Source: Deltaproteobacteria bacterium
GTDB lineage: Bacteria; Desulfobacterota; Binatia; UTPRO1
Assembly (NCBI GenBank): GCA_005879405.1
Contig: VBKW01000036.1
Coordinates: 1-41,728, forward strand
DNA length: 41,728 bases
Direction: 5' to 3'
Positions 32,224 to 41,728 of the stretch are shown piece after piece (positions within the stretch are counted from its first letter, which is position 1; every line of letters begins with the position of its first letter). Made by a program: the position numbers and the translations under genes. Under the pieces are notes generated by a model. It searched no databases and was not told the origin of the DNA. It was given only the letters and a program-made list of their open reading frames with translations.

Positions 32224-33546
32224 GTGCAGGATAGACCGGGCCTGCGCTCACGCGCGCTCTTCCGTGACGAGCGGGACGTCATCGCCCCCGGGCAGCAGCG
32301 TATCGCGCTGCTCTCGCAGCTCGCGCTGGCGTCCGGCCAGGGCGCGAGCGTGACCGACGTCGACGGCAACACCTATCTCGATTTCTTCGCCGGCGTCGCC
32401 GTCGCGAGTCTCGGCCACGCGCACCCGCGCTACGTCGCCGCGGTCGAAGCGCAGCTGCGGCGCATCTCGGTCGGCAGCTTCACCACCGAGAGCCGCCTCC
32501 GTTTGCTGCGTCTGATCGCCCGCCTCGCGCCCGGCGACCTCGGCCGCACGCAGCTCTACAGCGGCGGCGCGGAGGCGGTCGAGGCGGCGTTCCGCCTCGC
32601 GATGTCGTACACGGGGAAGTACGAGATCGTCGGATTCTGGGGCGGCTTCCACGGCAAGACCGCGGGCGTCATGGGCCTCATCGGCGATGAGTCGAAGCAC
32701 GGCTGGGGGCCGCTGCCCGGCGGCCGCTTCTCGGTCCCGTACCCCGACTGCTACCGCTGCCCCTTCAAGCTCAGCTACCCCGACTGCGCGCTGGCGTGCG
32801 TCGACTTCGCGCGCGAGAGCATCACGCGCACGACGTCGGGCGCCGTCGCCGCGATCATCGTCGAGCCGATGCAGGGCACCGCGGGGAACGTCGTCCCACC
32901 GCCGGAGTTCCTGCCCGCGATCCGCGACCTCGCGCACGAGATCGGCGCCGTGCTCATCGCCGACGAGATGATCACCGGCTTCGGACGTACGGGCCGCTGG
33001 TTCGGCTGCAATCACACCGGCGTTGTCCCCGACGTCATGACGGTCGGCAAAGGGATGGGGAACGGCTTCCCGATCAGCGGCCTCATCTCGACCGATGAGA
33101 TCGTCGCCGCGACGCCGTTCGCGCGCCCGAGCGCGTCGTCGTCGAGCTACGGCGGCAACCCGCTCGCCGCGGCGGCGGCGCTCGCCACGTTGGAAACGAT
33201 CGTCGACGACGGGCTCGTCGAGCACGCCGCGCGCGTCGGCGCCCGCATGCTCGACGGTCTCCGCGACATGCAGGAGCGCTATCCGTTCATCGGCGACGTG
33301 CGCGGCGTCGGCCTGCTCATCGGTCTCGACCTCGTCCGCGATCGCGCCACCAAGGAGCCCCTCGGTCGCGAGGTCACCGAGCGCATCTTCACCGAGGCGC
33401 TCCGCCGCGGGCTGCTCATGATGGGCTATTTCCCGCGCGTCCGCATCAATCCGCCGCTGACGATCACGCAAGAGCAGGCGGACGCCGGCCTCGCGATCCT
33501 CGAGGAGGTGTTCGCCGCTGTCGCCGTGGAGGTGCGCGCGACGTGA
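32224..33546 (+). CDS. class III PLP-dependent aminotransferase
   Basis: DVDGNTYLDF, SLGHAHP, SGGAEAVE, GFHGKT, IVEPMQG, IADEMITGFGRTG, VGKGMGNG, SYGGNP. Confidence 0.92.
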   Translation: MQDRPGLRSRALFRDERDVIAPGQQRIALLSQLALASGQGASVTDVDGNTYLDFFAGVAVASLGHAHPRYVAAVEAQLRRISVGSFTTESRLRLLRLIARLAPGDLGRTQLYSGGAEAVEAAFRLAMSYTGKYEIVGFWGGFHGKTAGVMGLIGDESKHGWGPLPGGRFSVPYPDCYRCPFKLSYPDCALACVDFARESITRTTSGAVAAIIVEPMQGTAGNVVPPPEFLPAIRDLAHEIGAVLIADEMITGFGRTGRWFGCNHTGVVPDVMTVGKGMGNGFPISGLISTDEIVAATPFARPSASSSSYGGNPLAAAAALATLETIVDDGLVEHAARVGARMLDGLRDMQERYPFIGDVRGVGLLIGLDLVRDRATKEPLGREVTERIFTEALRRGLLMMGYFPRVRINPPLTITQEQADAGLAILEEVFAAVAVEVRAT

Positions 33547-34616
33547 CGATCCGCCGCAACCGCGCGCTCCGCGGCGCCCTCGTCGGCTTCGGGAACGTGG
33601 CCGTTCACGGTCACGTTCCCGTGTGGAAGAACGACCGCCACTTTTCGATCCTCGCCGTCTGTGACCCCGACGAGGCGCAGCTCGCGGTCGCCGCCGAGCT
33701 GTTGCCGGACGTGCGCCGCTACCCGACGGTCGACGAGCTCTTCGCCAACGAGCGGCTCGACTTCGTGGACGTCGCGACGCCGCCCGCGCTGCACGGCGAG
33801 CTCGCGATCAAGGCCGCCGCGCAAGGGATCCACGTGCTCTGCGAGAAGCCGCTCACCCTCAGCGTCGACGAGTGCAACCGCATCCGCAGCGCGGCCAGCG
33901 CCGCCCACGTCGTCGTCTTCACCAATCACAATTGGAAGTACGCGCCGATCTTCCGCACCGCGAAGCGCGTGCTCCGTCGCGGCGAGATCGGCCGCGTGAC
34001 GCACGTGGAGCTACAAACGCTGCGGATGCAGCCGCCAGCGACGGTCGGCGAGGGCGATACCTGGCGTCTCGACCCAGCGCGCTCCGGCGGCGGGATCCTC
34101 GTCGATCACGGTTGGCATGCCTTCTACCTCGCGCTGTACGCGCTCGATGCCGAGCCGATCGCGGTGAGCGCCCGCACCGCGCGCCGCAAGTTCCTCGCCA
34201 GCGGCGTCGAGGACACCGCCAATTGCACGATCGAGTTCGACGGCGCCACGGCAGAGATCTTTCTCACCTGGGCGGCCGACGAGCGCCGCAACGCCGCCCG
34301 CTTCACGGGTGCCCAGGGGACAATCGACGTCGCCGACCGGACGCTGATCGTGCGCGTCGCCGAGCGCGCGCCGGTCGAGACAGGATTCGCGCAGCCGCTC
34401 TCGGCGGGGTCGTACCATCCCGATTGGTTCGCGGCGCTGCTCGACGATTTCCGCGAAGAGCTGTACGAGCCGAAGCTGCGCGGCGCGAACTTCCGCGAGG
34501 CGGAGACGTGCTGCCGTTTGCTCGAGCTCGCGTATCGCTCGAGCGCTGCGGACGGCGCGCGTCTGCCCTTCCGTGAGGTGTTGCCGCCGATCGAGGGCCC
34601 CGGCGCCGGTGAGTGA
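33543..34616 (+). CDS. Gfo/Idh/MocA family NAD(P)-dependent oxidoreductase
   Basis: VGFGNVA, VATPPALH, HVLCEKP, SGGGILVDHGWH. Confidence 0.92.
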   Translation: MTIRRNRALRGALVGFGNVAVHGHVPVWKNDRHFSILAVCDPDEAQLAVAAELLPDVRRYPTVDELFANERLDFVDVATPPALHGELAIKAAAQGIHVLCEKPLTLSVDECNRIRSAASAAHVVVFTNHNWKYAPIFRTAKRVLRRGEIGRVTHVELQTLRMQPPATVGEGDTWRLDPARSGGGILVDHGWHAFYLALYALDAEPIAVSARTARRKFLASGVEDTANCTIEFDGATAEIFLTWAADERRNAARFTGAQGTIDVADRTLIVRVAERAPVETGFAQPLSAGSYHPDWFAALLDDFREELYEPKLRGANFREAETCCRLLELAYRSSAADGARLPFREVLPPIEGPGAGE

Positions 34617-35766
34617 CGGCGCCGCGGCGCCGCTCCGGTTCGACGACGCCACATCGAGCTCTGCGCCGCCCTTCGATACCGTGCTCGTCGTCCACCCGGC
34701 GAGCGACCACGAGGTCGCGGGTCTCCACCTCGTCGAGCGCGCCGCGTTCACGCTCGCGCGCGCGGGCGCACGACGGCTCCTGTGTGTCGGCACGCGGCCG
34801 GCGCGGACGCTCCGCCGGCCGGACGTGCCGATCGCATGGGTCGCCGCGGACGACACTGCGGCGCTCGCGTCCTGGCTCGCGAATGCGACCGCCTTCGTCG
34901 TCGGCATGGACGCCGCCGCCGTGACGGACGCCGACACCGTCGTCGCGCTTGCCGCCGATCCACGCGCCGGTCTTCTCGCGACCACCGGCGGCGGGCGTCT
35001 CTGGCGCGCCCCGCGCGAGCGCGTCGCCGCGGTGCTCCAGGGCGCGGTCACGGACGCGACGCAATGGACGCCGCCGGCGGGGGGTTTCCTCCTTCCCGCC
35101 GCCGACGCCGCCGCGCGCGCGACCGCGGCGCAGGCGCTCTTCGCGCGTCTCGGGCGTCCCAGCGACGGCTGGCTCACGCGGCTCGTGGACCGCCGCATCT
35201 CGAACGCCCTCACCGGCCTGCTTCTACCGACCGGCGTGACGCCGAATCAGGTGACGGTGGCCTCGCTCGCCGCCGGCATACTCGCCAGCGGACTCTTCGC
35301 CACCGGTAGCCGCGCCGCCGCCGTCGCCGGCGCGCTCCTCTTTCTCGGCTCGACGATCGTGGACGGCTGCGACGGCGAGCTCGCGCGCCTCACGTTTCGC
35401 GAGTCCCGTTTCGGCGCGCTGCTCGACCTCGTCGGCGACAACGTCGTCCACGTCTTTCTCTTCGCCGGCATCGCGTACGGGCTCTACCGCCGCGATCACG
35501 ATCCACGCCTCGCGGTCGCCGGGTCGGCGGTCGTCCTCGGCGTCCTCGCGGCGATGATCGCCGTCTACGCCTGCCTCGCTCGCCGTGAGCCGACCGCTCG
35601 CCAACGCGCCTTGTTCCAGGCGTTCGCCAGCCGCGAGTTCGCTTACCTCCTGGTCGTCCTCACGCTCGCCGGAAAGCTCGCGTGGTTTCTCTGGATCGCC
35701 GCCGTCGGTACGTGGGCGTTCGTCGTCGCGCTCGTCGCGCTGCGACAGGATCGTCAGAAGGCGTAG
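34609..35766 (+). CDS. CDP-alcohol phosphotransferase with a degenerate N-terminal nucleotidyltransferase-like region
   Basis: TPNQVT and DGCDGELAR-x7-G-x3-D-x3-D signature with TM helices; N-terminal VAGLHLVERAAFTLARAG; GTG at 34609. Confidence 0.88.
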   Translation: MSDGAAAPLRFDDATSSSAPPFDTVLVVHPASDHEVAGLHLVERAAFTLARAGARRLLCVGTRPARTLRRPDVPIAWVAADDTAALASWLANATAFVVGMDAAAVTDADTVVALAADPRAGLLATTGGGRLWRAPRERVAAVLQGAVTDATQWTPPAGGFLLPAADAAARATAAQALFARLGRPSDGWLTRLVDRRISNALTGLLLPTGVTPNQVTVASLAAGILASGLFATGSRAAAVAGALLFLGSTIVDGCDGELARLTFRESRFGALLDLVGDNVVHVFLFAGIAYGLYRRDHDPRLAVAGSAVVLGVLAAMIAVYACLARREPTARQRALFQAFASREFAYLLVVLTLAGKLAWFLWIAAVGTWAFVVALVALRQDRQKA

Positions 35767-36380
35767 GCGAGCCCGGCAATCAAGAGATTGCTGTTGAGAC
35801 CCGGGTTGCTGCGCGACTGGCCCGCGTTCGAGATGTGACGGAAGCGGTAGCCCGCAGTCGCGGCGAGACCGTTCCAGAGCGGCACCTGCAACCCGACCGC
35901 ACCCTGCGCCGTGAAGAGGACGCGCGACCCGAGGTCGAAGTGGCGCAGGTCGCTGTACAGCATGCCGCCTTCCAGCTCGGCGTACGGCTGCACCCGCGGG
36001 AACGCGAGGCGATAGCGCAGCAGGAGACCGCCGCCGAGCTCCATCGCGTGTGTGGGCTCGAAGATGCGGCTGAACATGCCCTCGACGCCGAACGTGACCA
36101 CGCCGGGCGCCGGGCCGTCGAGGACCCTGACCACACGGCTGAGACGCGGAAAGAACGTGACCATCTGCGCGTTGCTGCCGAGGGCGAACGAGTACGCGGC
36201 CTGCAGCCCCGCCTCGTACGAGCCGATTGCCGGCGCGGAGCTCGGCAACACGACGTCCGATGTCGCGGCGGCGTTGGACGCTCGTACATCATCCGCGTGC
36301 GCGGCGCGCGCGACGCCGAGCGTCACGGCGACGACACACAGCAACGTCGTCGTCGCGCCCCGGAAGGGAAACTTTCCCAC
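35754..36380 (-). CDS. PagL-like acyloxyacyl hydrolase / lipid A 3-O-deacylase outer-membrane beta-barrel (start uncertain)
   Basis: Signal peptide-like N-terminus, PYAELEGG, GYRFRHISNAG..NPGLNS, C-terminal YAF. Confidence 0.8.
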   Translation of the reverse strand: MGKFPFRGATTTLLCVVAVTLGVARAAHADDVRASNAAATSDVVLPSSAPAIGSYEAGLQAAYSFALGSNAQMVTFFPRLSRVVRVLDGPAPGVVTFGVEGMFSRIFEPTHAMELGGGLLLRYRLAFPRVQPYAELEGGMLYSDLRHFDLGSRVLFTAQGAVGLQVPLWNGLAATAGYRFRHISNAGQSRSNPGLNSNLLIAGLAYAF

Positions 36381-36416
36381 CCGCGGACGTGTTATGATCA
36401 TCGAGAGGATAAAGCC

Positions 36417-36818
36417 ATGACGCATAACCCAACCTCCCCTCGCGCCAGCGAACGCTGGGACGAGGCATTCCCGCTCCTGCCGGTACAGCATGCCGACCTG
36501 TGCCGTCGCAGCGAGCCCGTACAGCCCGAGCGCCGTCTCATGCTGGCCGTGCTGAGCGACGCGATCGTGCTGTTCCAGACGCGCGGTTCGCCCGGATGTC
36601 GCCGCGACGTCGAGAGCGCCAGACGATGGATCCTGTCCGACGATCGCGCCTGGCCGTTCTCGTTCGTCAACGTCTGCGACACGCTCGGGATCGCGTTCGA
36701 GCCGTTGCGGCGTGCGCTCACGCGGACGCTGCACGAGCTGCCGCGGGAGCACCGTACAGCGGCACGGCGGCGGCTCCTCGCGGGTATCCGCGACGAGCCG
36801 CTCGCGCGGACCGGCTGA
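36417..36818 (+). CDS. conserved hypothetical protein (PE.RLMLAVL.DA...W..SDD..WPFSF.N.C..LG family)
   Basis: ATG after GAGGA; motif recalled from uncharacterised proteins of Binatia-like genomes. Confidence 0.75.
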   Translation: MTHNPTSPRASERWDEAFPLLPVQHADLCRRSEPVQPERRLMLAVLSDAIVLFQTRGSPGCRRDVESARRWILSDDRAWPFSFVNVCDTLGIAFEPLRRALTRTLHELPREHRTAARRRLLAGIRDEPLARTG

Positions 36819-37070
36819 GTCGGCGTCGGCGCGTGCGAGCGCCTGCCGTCGCCGCCTGCAGGACCCGGCGTGCGCAAAAGGTTCAGTGTGCACGACGGGA
36901 GCTGGCGACGATTGCCGGCGCTCGCACACGAACGACGGCGTAGATCGTCGGCGCGGCCGCAGCGGTCGGCCGACCTCGAAGGGCCTTCCGGGCTACAGTT
37001 GACGCGCGTCCGTGCTGCGCGCGCACGGCGTGCGTCGATGTCGCGCATGCACAGACATCGCCGCCCGGCG

Positions 37071-38540
37071 TTATGCGCGGCGGGCACGCCAGCGGGTGTA
37101 GCGGACCATGCGCGCCAACGTGCGGATGGCGCGCTGGCCGGACGGAAATGTCGTTCGGCCGGATTCTGCTACGCCGAGCGGGCCAGCGTTGCCGTAGGCG
37201 CGGTCGGTGTAGACGAGTTCCGACGCGACCAGGATCGGCTTGTCGTGGCGGCGGCTCGCCTCCGCGGCGGCGCGCGCGTAGCGCCGGTCCTGGCTCTCGT
37301 GGAAGGTGCCGATGCGCTCGAGACCGTGATCGGGCCAGAACGGGCCGCCGCGGAACATCTGCGCCTGCGCCGCCTGGATGCCGATTCCGAGGTAGACGAC
37401 GGCGTCGACGTCGGGATGCGCGGCGGCGAGCTCGAGCACCTCCGGAATCGTGTCGCGGGTCTCGCCGCCGGCGAGGTCGATCGGGTTCGAGCGGCTCCAC
37501 CGTGCCGGCACCATGCCGTCGATCGCGCGCCGCAGATCATCCGGCAACGGAATGAGGTCGAGCCCCGCTTCCACGCAGGCGTCGGAGCTGAGCACGCCCC
37601 ACCCCCCCGCGACGGTGAAGAGGAGCGTCCGCGGGCCGCGCGGCAGCGGCTGCGTCGCGAACGCGGCCGCGGTGTCGTAGGCCTCCTCGACGGTCTCGAC
37701 GCGGACGATGCCCGCCTGGCGGCAGACGCCGGCGAAGATGCGGTCGTCGGATGCGAGGGCGCCGGTATGCGAGCTCGCCGCCCGCTTGCCGGCGCCGGTC
37801 ACGCCGCCGCGCACGAGGACGAGCGGCTTCCGCAGCGCATGCGCGCGCGCGACGTCGAGGAAGCGCCGTCCGTCGGCGATGCCTTCGAGGTACGCGAGGC
37901 TCACCTCCGTGTCGGGATCTTCGCCGAAGTACTCGAGGTAGTCGGCGATCTCGAGCTGCGCCGAATTGCCGCACGAGATCGCCTTGGACATGCCGATGCC
38001 GGCGAGACAGCCGTAGTTCATGAAGCTCGACGCGATGTTCCCGCTCTGCGACGCGACCGAGATCGGCCCCGGCGGCGGATAGGGGGCGACGATCTGCGCG
38101 CACATGCGCGCCGGCGTCGAGACCAGGCCCTGCCCGTTCGGCCCCGCGATCACGATCCCGAGGTCGCGCCCGAGCGCGACGAGCCGCTGCTCCATGTCCT
38201 TGCCGTCGGCTGCCTCGCCGTATCCCGCCGAGGCGACGAACGCCGCGCGCACCCCGATTGCGGCGCACGCGCGCAGAATCTCCTCGTTCACGGTGTTCGG
38301 TGTGCAGATGAACGCCAAGTCGGCCCGCCGGGACGGCACGTCGGCGATCGCCTTGTAGGTTGGCCGGCCGAAGCAGGTCGCGCCGTCACGGTTGATCGGG
38401 AAGAGCTCGCCGGCGTACCCGTTCGCGATGAGGTTGTGATACGCGACGCTGCCGAACTTCCCCGGGTGCGTCGAGACGCCGGTGACGATGATGCCGCGCG
38501 GGTAAAACAGCGGCCGCAGCCGCTCGAGGATCGCGCTCAC
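37071..38540 (-). CDS. acyl-CoA synthetase (NDP-forming) alpha subunit / CoA-binding protein
   Basis: GVSTHPGKFG, AGPNGQG, ASQSGN, SCGNSA, phospho-His motif ASSHTGALA, NPIDL. Confidence 0.88.
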   Translation of the reverse strand: MSAILERLRPLFYPRGIIVTGVSTHPGKFGSVAYHNLIANGYAGELFPINRDGATCFGRPTYKAIADVPSRRADLAFICTPNTVNEEILRACAAIGVRAAFVASAGYGEAADGKDMEQRLVALGRDLGIVIAGPNGQGLVSTPARMCAQIVAPYPPPGPISVASQSGNIASSFMNYGCLAGIGMSKAISCGNSAQLEIADYLEYFGEDPDTEVSLAYLEGIADGRRFLDVARAHALRKPLVLVRGGVTGAGKRAASSHTGALASDDRIFAGVCRQAGIVRVETVEEAYDTAAAFATQPLPRGPRTLLFTVAGGWGVLSSDACVEAGLDLIPLPDDLRRAIDGMVPARWSRSNPIDLAGGETRDTIPEVLELAAAHPDVDAVVYLGIGIQAAQAQMFRGGPFWPDHGLERIGTFHESQDRRYARAAAEASRRHDKPILVASELVYTDRAYGNAGPLGVAESGRTTFPSGQRAIRTLARMVRYTRWRARRA

Positions 38541-39193
38541 GCCGGCGCGCCCTCGATCTCGACGAGCGCGTCGACGACGGTCGGCGTACTCCCGGCCACG
38601 ATGAGCGGGTTGACGTCGATCGCGCGGATGTCGGGACGCTCACCGCCGAGACGTCCGAGCGTTTCGAGCAGGCGCGCGAGCGCGTCGCGGTCGACCGCCG
38701 GCTCGCCGCGAAATGGGCCGAGCATCTTGCCGAAGGCGAGGTCTTCGATCAGCGCCTCGGCGTCGCCGTCGCGCAGCGGCGCAACCGCGAACGCGACGTC
38801 GCCGGCCACCTCGGCGAAGATGCCGCCGAGGCCGAGCATCACGCACGGACCGAAGGTCGGATCGCGGACGAGGCCGGCGATGAGCTCGCGCCGGCCGTGC
38901 ACCATCGGGCAGACGAGGAGGCCCGCGTTGCCGTCTTCGGGACGCCGTGCCGCAAGAAGCGCCGCGGCGGCGCGGCGCACGTCGTCGGCCGTCGTCAAGC
39001 CGAGACGCACCAGATTGCGCTCGGTCTTGTGGGCGATCCCGCGGCCGCAGAGCTTGAGTGCGACCGCGCCGCCGAGCAGCGCCGCTGCGTGCGCGGCCTC
39101 GTCGGCGCTCGCGACGACATCCTCCGGCGGAATCGTGATGCCGCCCGCGCGCAACAGCTCCTTCGACTCGTGCTCCGAGAGGGTGTACGTCAT
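38537..39193 (-). CDS. acyl-CoA synthetase (NDP-forming) beta subunit, ATP-grasp
   Basis: LSEHESKELL, IAHKTE, ELIAGLVRDPTFGP, GLGGIFAE, DVNPLIV, VVDALV. Confidence 0.88.
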   Translation of the reverse strand: MTYTLSEHESKELLRAGGITIPPEDVVASADEAAHAAALLGGAVALKLCGRGIAHKTERNLVRLGLTTADDVRRAAAALLAARRPEDGNAGLLVCPMVHGRRELIAGLVRDPTFGPCVMLGLGGIFAEVAGDVAFAVAPLRDGDAEALIEDLAFGKMLGPFRGEPAVDRDALARLLETLGRLGGERPDIRAIDVNPLIVAGSTPTVVDALVEIEGAPA

Positions 39194-39395
39194 CGGCGGC
39201 GCAGCATACGGCCGCGCCGGCGTGTTTGCCACTGCGCGCGACGCGTGTCATGCGCCGCTCACACGTGTGCGCCGCTCGTCGCTCGGTACCGTCCCTTACG
39301 ACAGCACGCGTCGCTGGTAGTCGGTCGGCTCTGACCCATTACCGCGTCGCTCCGGTCGATTGACCCACGCCGGCGCCGCGCGCTATGCGCGTCGC

Positions 39396-39938
39396 ATGAA
39401 GCGGTGGTACGCGCTTTCCGCCATCGGTCGCGACCGTCCGGGCATCGTCGCCGATCTCGCCGAGCTCATCTACGACTGCGACTGCAACCTCGAGGATTCG
39501 AGCATGACGATCCTCGGCAGCGAGTTCGCGGTGCTCCTCCTCCTGTCGTCGACGAGCGCCGACGCGGAGCACTTGCTCGCGAGCACCTGCAAACGGCTCG
39601 AATGGGAGAAGCGGCTCACCGTCTTCTTCCGGCCGCTCGACGCCGAGCCGGTGCCGTACGCCGCCCGCGTGCGCGCGCGCTCGCACACGTTGCAAGCGGT
39701 CGGGGTCGACCGCGCCGGCATCGTTGCGAAGATCGCCCGCTGCCTCGCCGACCATGACGTCAACATCGCCGAGATGACGACGCAGTCACGGCCGGAGCCG
39801 GAGAGCGGCACCCCGATCTACACGCTCCGCATGCAGGTCGAGGTGCCGTCGCACGTCGATGTCGCTGCGCTCGGGCGCCGCCTGCAAGCCGTCGCGGAGA
39901 CGCTGCAGGTCGATCTCACGTTCGCCGCCGGGAGCTGA
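39396..39938 (+). CDS. GcvR-like double ACT domain protein
   Basis: IGRDRPGIVA..NLEDSSMT and GVDRAGIVA..NI; two ACT repeats. Confidence 0.85.
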   Translation: MKRWYALSAIGRDRPGIVADLAELIYDCDCNLEDSSMTILGSEFAVLLLLSSTSADAEHLLASTCKRLEWEKRLTVFFRPLDAEPVPYAARVRARSHTLQAVGVDRAGIVAKIARCLADHDVNIAEMTTQSRPEPESGTPIYTLRMQVEVPSHVDVAALGRRLQAVAETLQVDLTFAAGS

Positions 39939-40043
39939 GGGCGCCCGCTGGGTCGCCGGCCGTGCCGCGTCCGGCGGGTCGCCGAGTGCCGCGCTCGTCG
40001 CCGACGTATCACGTCGCGCCGACGATCGTCGCAGAACGGCCGC

Positions 40044-40610
40044 TCAGGAGGTCCCGACGAGGCGGTGCTCACGCGCGTAGTCATGCAGCGACACCTGCAG
40101 CAAGCGGCGCGCACGCGCGAGACGCGAGCGGATCGTCCCCAGCGGGCAGCCGAGCGTCGCCGCCGCCTCGGCGTAGGAAAGGTCGTACACGTGGACCAAC
40201 AGCACAGCGGCGCGAAAGTCGCGTGGCAGGTTCACGAGCGCGCGACCGACCGGACCGTCGACGAGTCGCTCGAGGAGCGCGTCGCCGGCGCTGCTGCACG
40301 CGTCGAGCGACGCCGCGATGCGCTCGTACGTGTCCGCGAGCGGATCGCAGCCGAGAAACCGCTGCTCGGCGGCGCGGTGGCGGAACTGGTTGCGCAGCAC
40401 GTTGCGCAGAATCGTCAGCAGCCATGCCCTCAGGTTCGTGCCGGCGACGAACCGATCGAAAAACCGATACGCCCGTAGATATGTTTCTTGCAAAAGATCT
40501 TCGGCGTCGGCGCGATTCTCGGTGAGGTACAGAGCCGCCGCATACACGCGCCGCATCAACGGGAGCGCGCTTGCCTCGAAGCGCGTCTTCAGGTTCCCGT
40601 CCACCGCCAT
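40044..40610 (-). CDS. ECF sigma-70 factor (SigH/SigR-like)
   Basis: ADAEDLLQETYLRAY, GTNLRAWLLTILRN, LSYAEAA..LGCPLGTIRSRLARAR. Confidence 0.9.
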   Translation of the reverse strand: MAVDGNLKTRFEASALPLMRRVYAAALYLTENRADAEDLLQETYLRAYRFFDRFVAGTNLRAWLLTILRNVLRNQFRHRAAEQRFLGCDPLADTYERIAASLDACSSAGDALLERLVDGPVGRALVNLPRDFRAAVLLVHVYDLSYAEAAATLGCPLGTIRSRLARARRLLQVSLHDYAREHRLVGTS

Positions 40611-40658
40611 GCACGCTCCCTCTGACCGCGAGGGGCAGCCCCATGGCTGCTCGGCGCC

Positions 40659-40910
40659 CTAGGGAAGGTGCGCCAGACCGCCGCGATCGGCCAAGGCTCG
40701 CAGCTCCACGTATCCCCCGACGTGCGCATCGTCGATGAAGATCTGCGGCACGGTTCGACGCCCCGCGGCGCGGCTGATCATCTCGTCGCGCAGGCTCGCA
40801 TCGGTTTCGACGTTGATCTCCTCGTAGGAAATCCCGCGCTCGCGCAACAGGCGTTTCGCCTGCATGCAAAAGGGGCAAACCGTGGTCGTGTACATCGTCA
40901 CCCGCGCCAC
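40659..40910 (-). CDS. grxC: glutaredoxin 3
   Basis: CPFC, RRTVPQIFI, HVGG; 83 aa. Confidence 0.92.
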   Translation of the reverse strand: MARVTMYTTTVCPFCMQAKRLLRERGISYEEINVETDASLRDEMISRAAGRRTVPQIFIDDAHVGGYVELRALADRGGLAHLP

Positions 40911-40960
40911 GTCCCAAGCCTACTGGCGGCCGCCGATCGCCGCAAGTATGTTCCGCGGGG

Positions 40961-41728
<768 letters not shown>

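Noticed and set aside
32224-33546. Assigning the aminotransferase as HpnO, GabT or ArgD
   Set aside because: Class III motifs do not define substrate, and no hopanoid, GABA or arginine genes are nearby.

Overview
High-GC bacterial chromosomal window. Gene content and one characteristic small-protein family suggest Candidatus Binatia or a related deltaproteobacterial lineage (inference). The left two-thirds is mostly housekeeping on the minus strand: a HAD/acyltransferase fusion, purF-purL-purQ-purS-purC-purB, an M16 peptidase, pnp, rpsO, then putA plus a repeat-bounded scar, truB-rbfA-DUF503-infB-ylxR-nusA-rimP, an acyl-CoA ligase, greA and yqeY. These are followed on the plus strand by comF-methyltransferase-purM-purN. 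The most interesting block is a compact six-gene operon (29968-35766): HAD phosphatase, nucleotidyltransferase, ATP-grasp protein with ITPK1-like motifs, class III aminotransferase, Gfo/Idh/MocA dehydrogenase and CDP-alcohol phosphotransferase. It looks like an undescribed route to an amino-cyclitol (or amino-polyol) phosphodiester lipid or solute. Other notable points: three genes (purQ, acyl-CoA ligase, yqeY) are each broken by an apparent short internal deletion plus frameshift; there is a ~500 bp repeat-bounded relic next to rpsO; a palindromic REP/MITE-like element occurs twice; there are two unannotated small membrane-protein ORFs and several leader hairpins. No rRNA, tRNA, CRISPR array or intact transposase was recognised. 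All calls are from motif recognition by eye; no searches were run.
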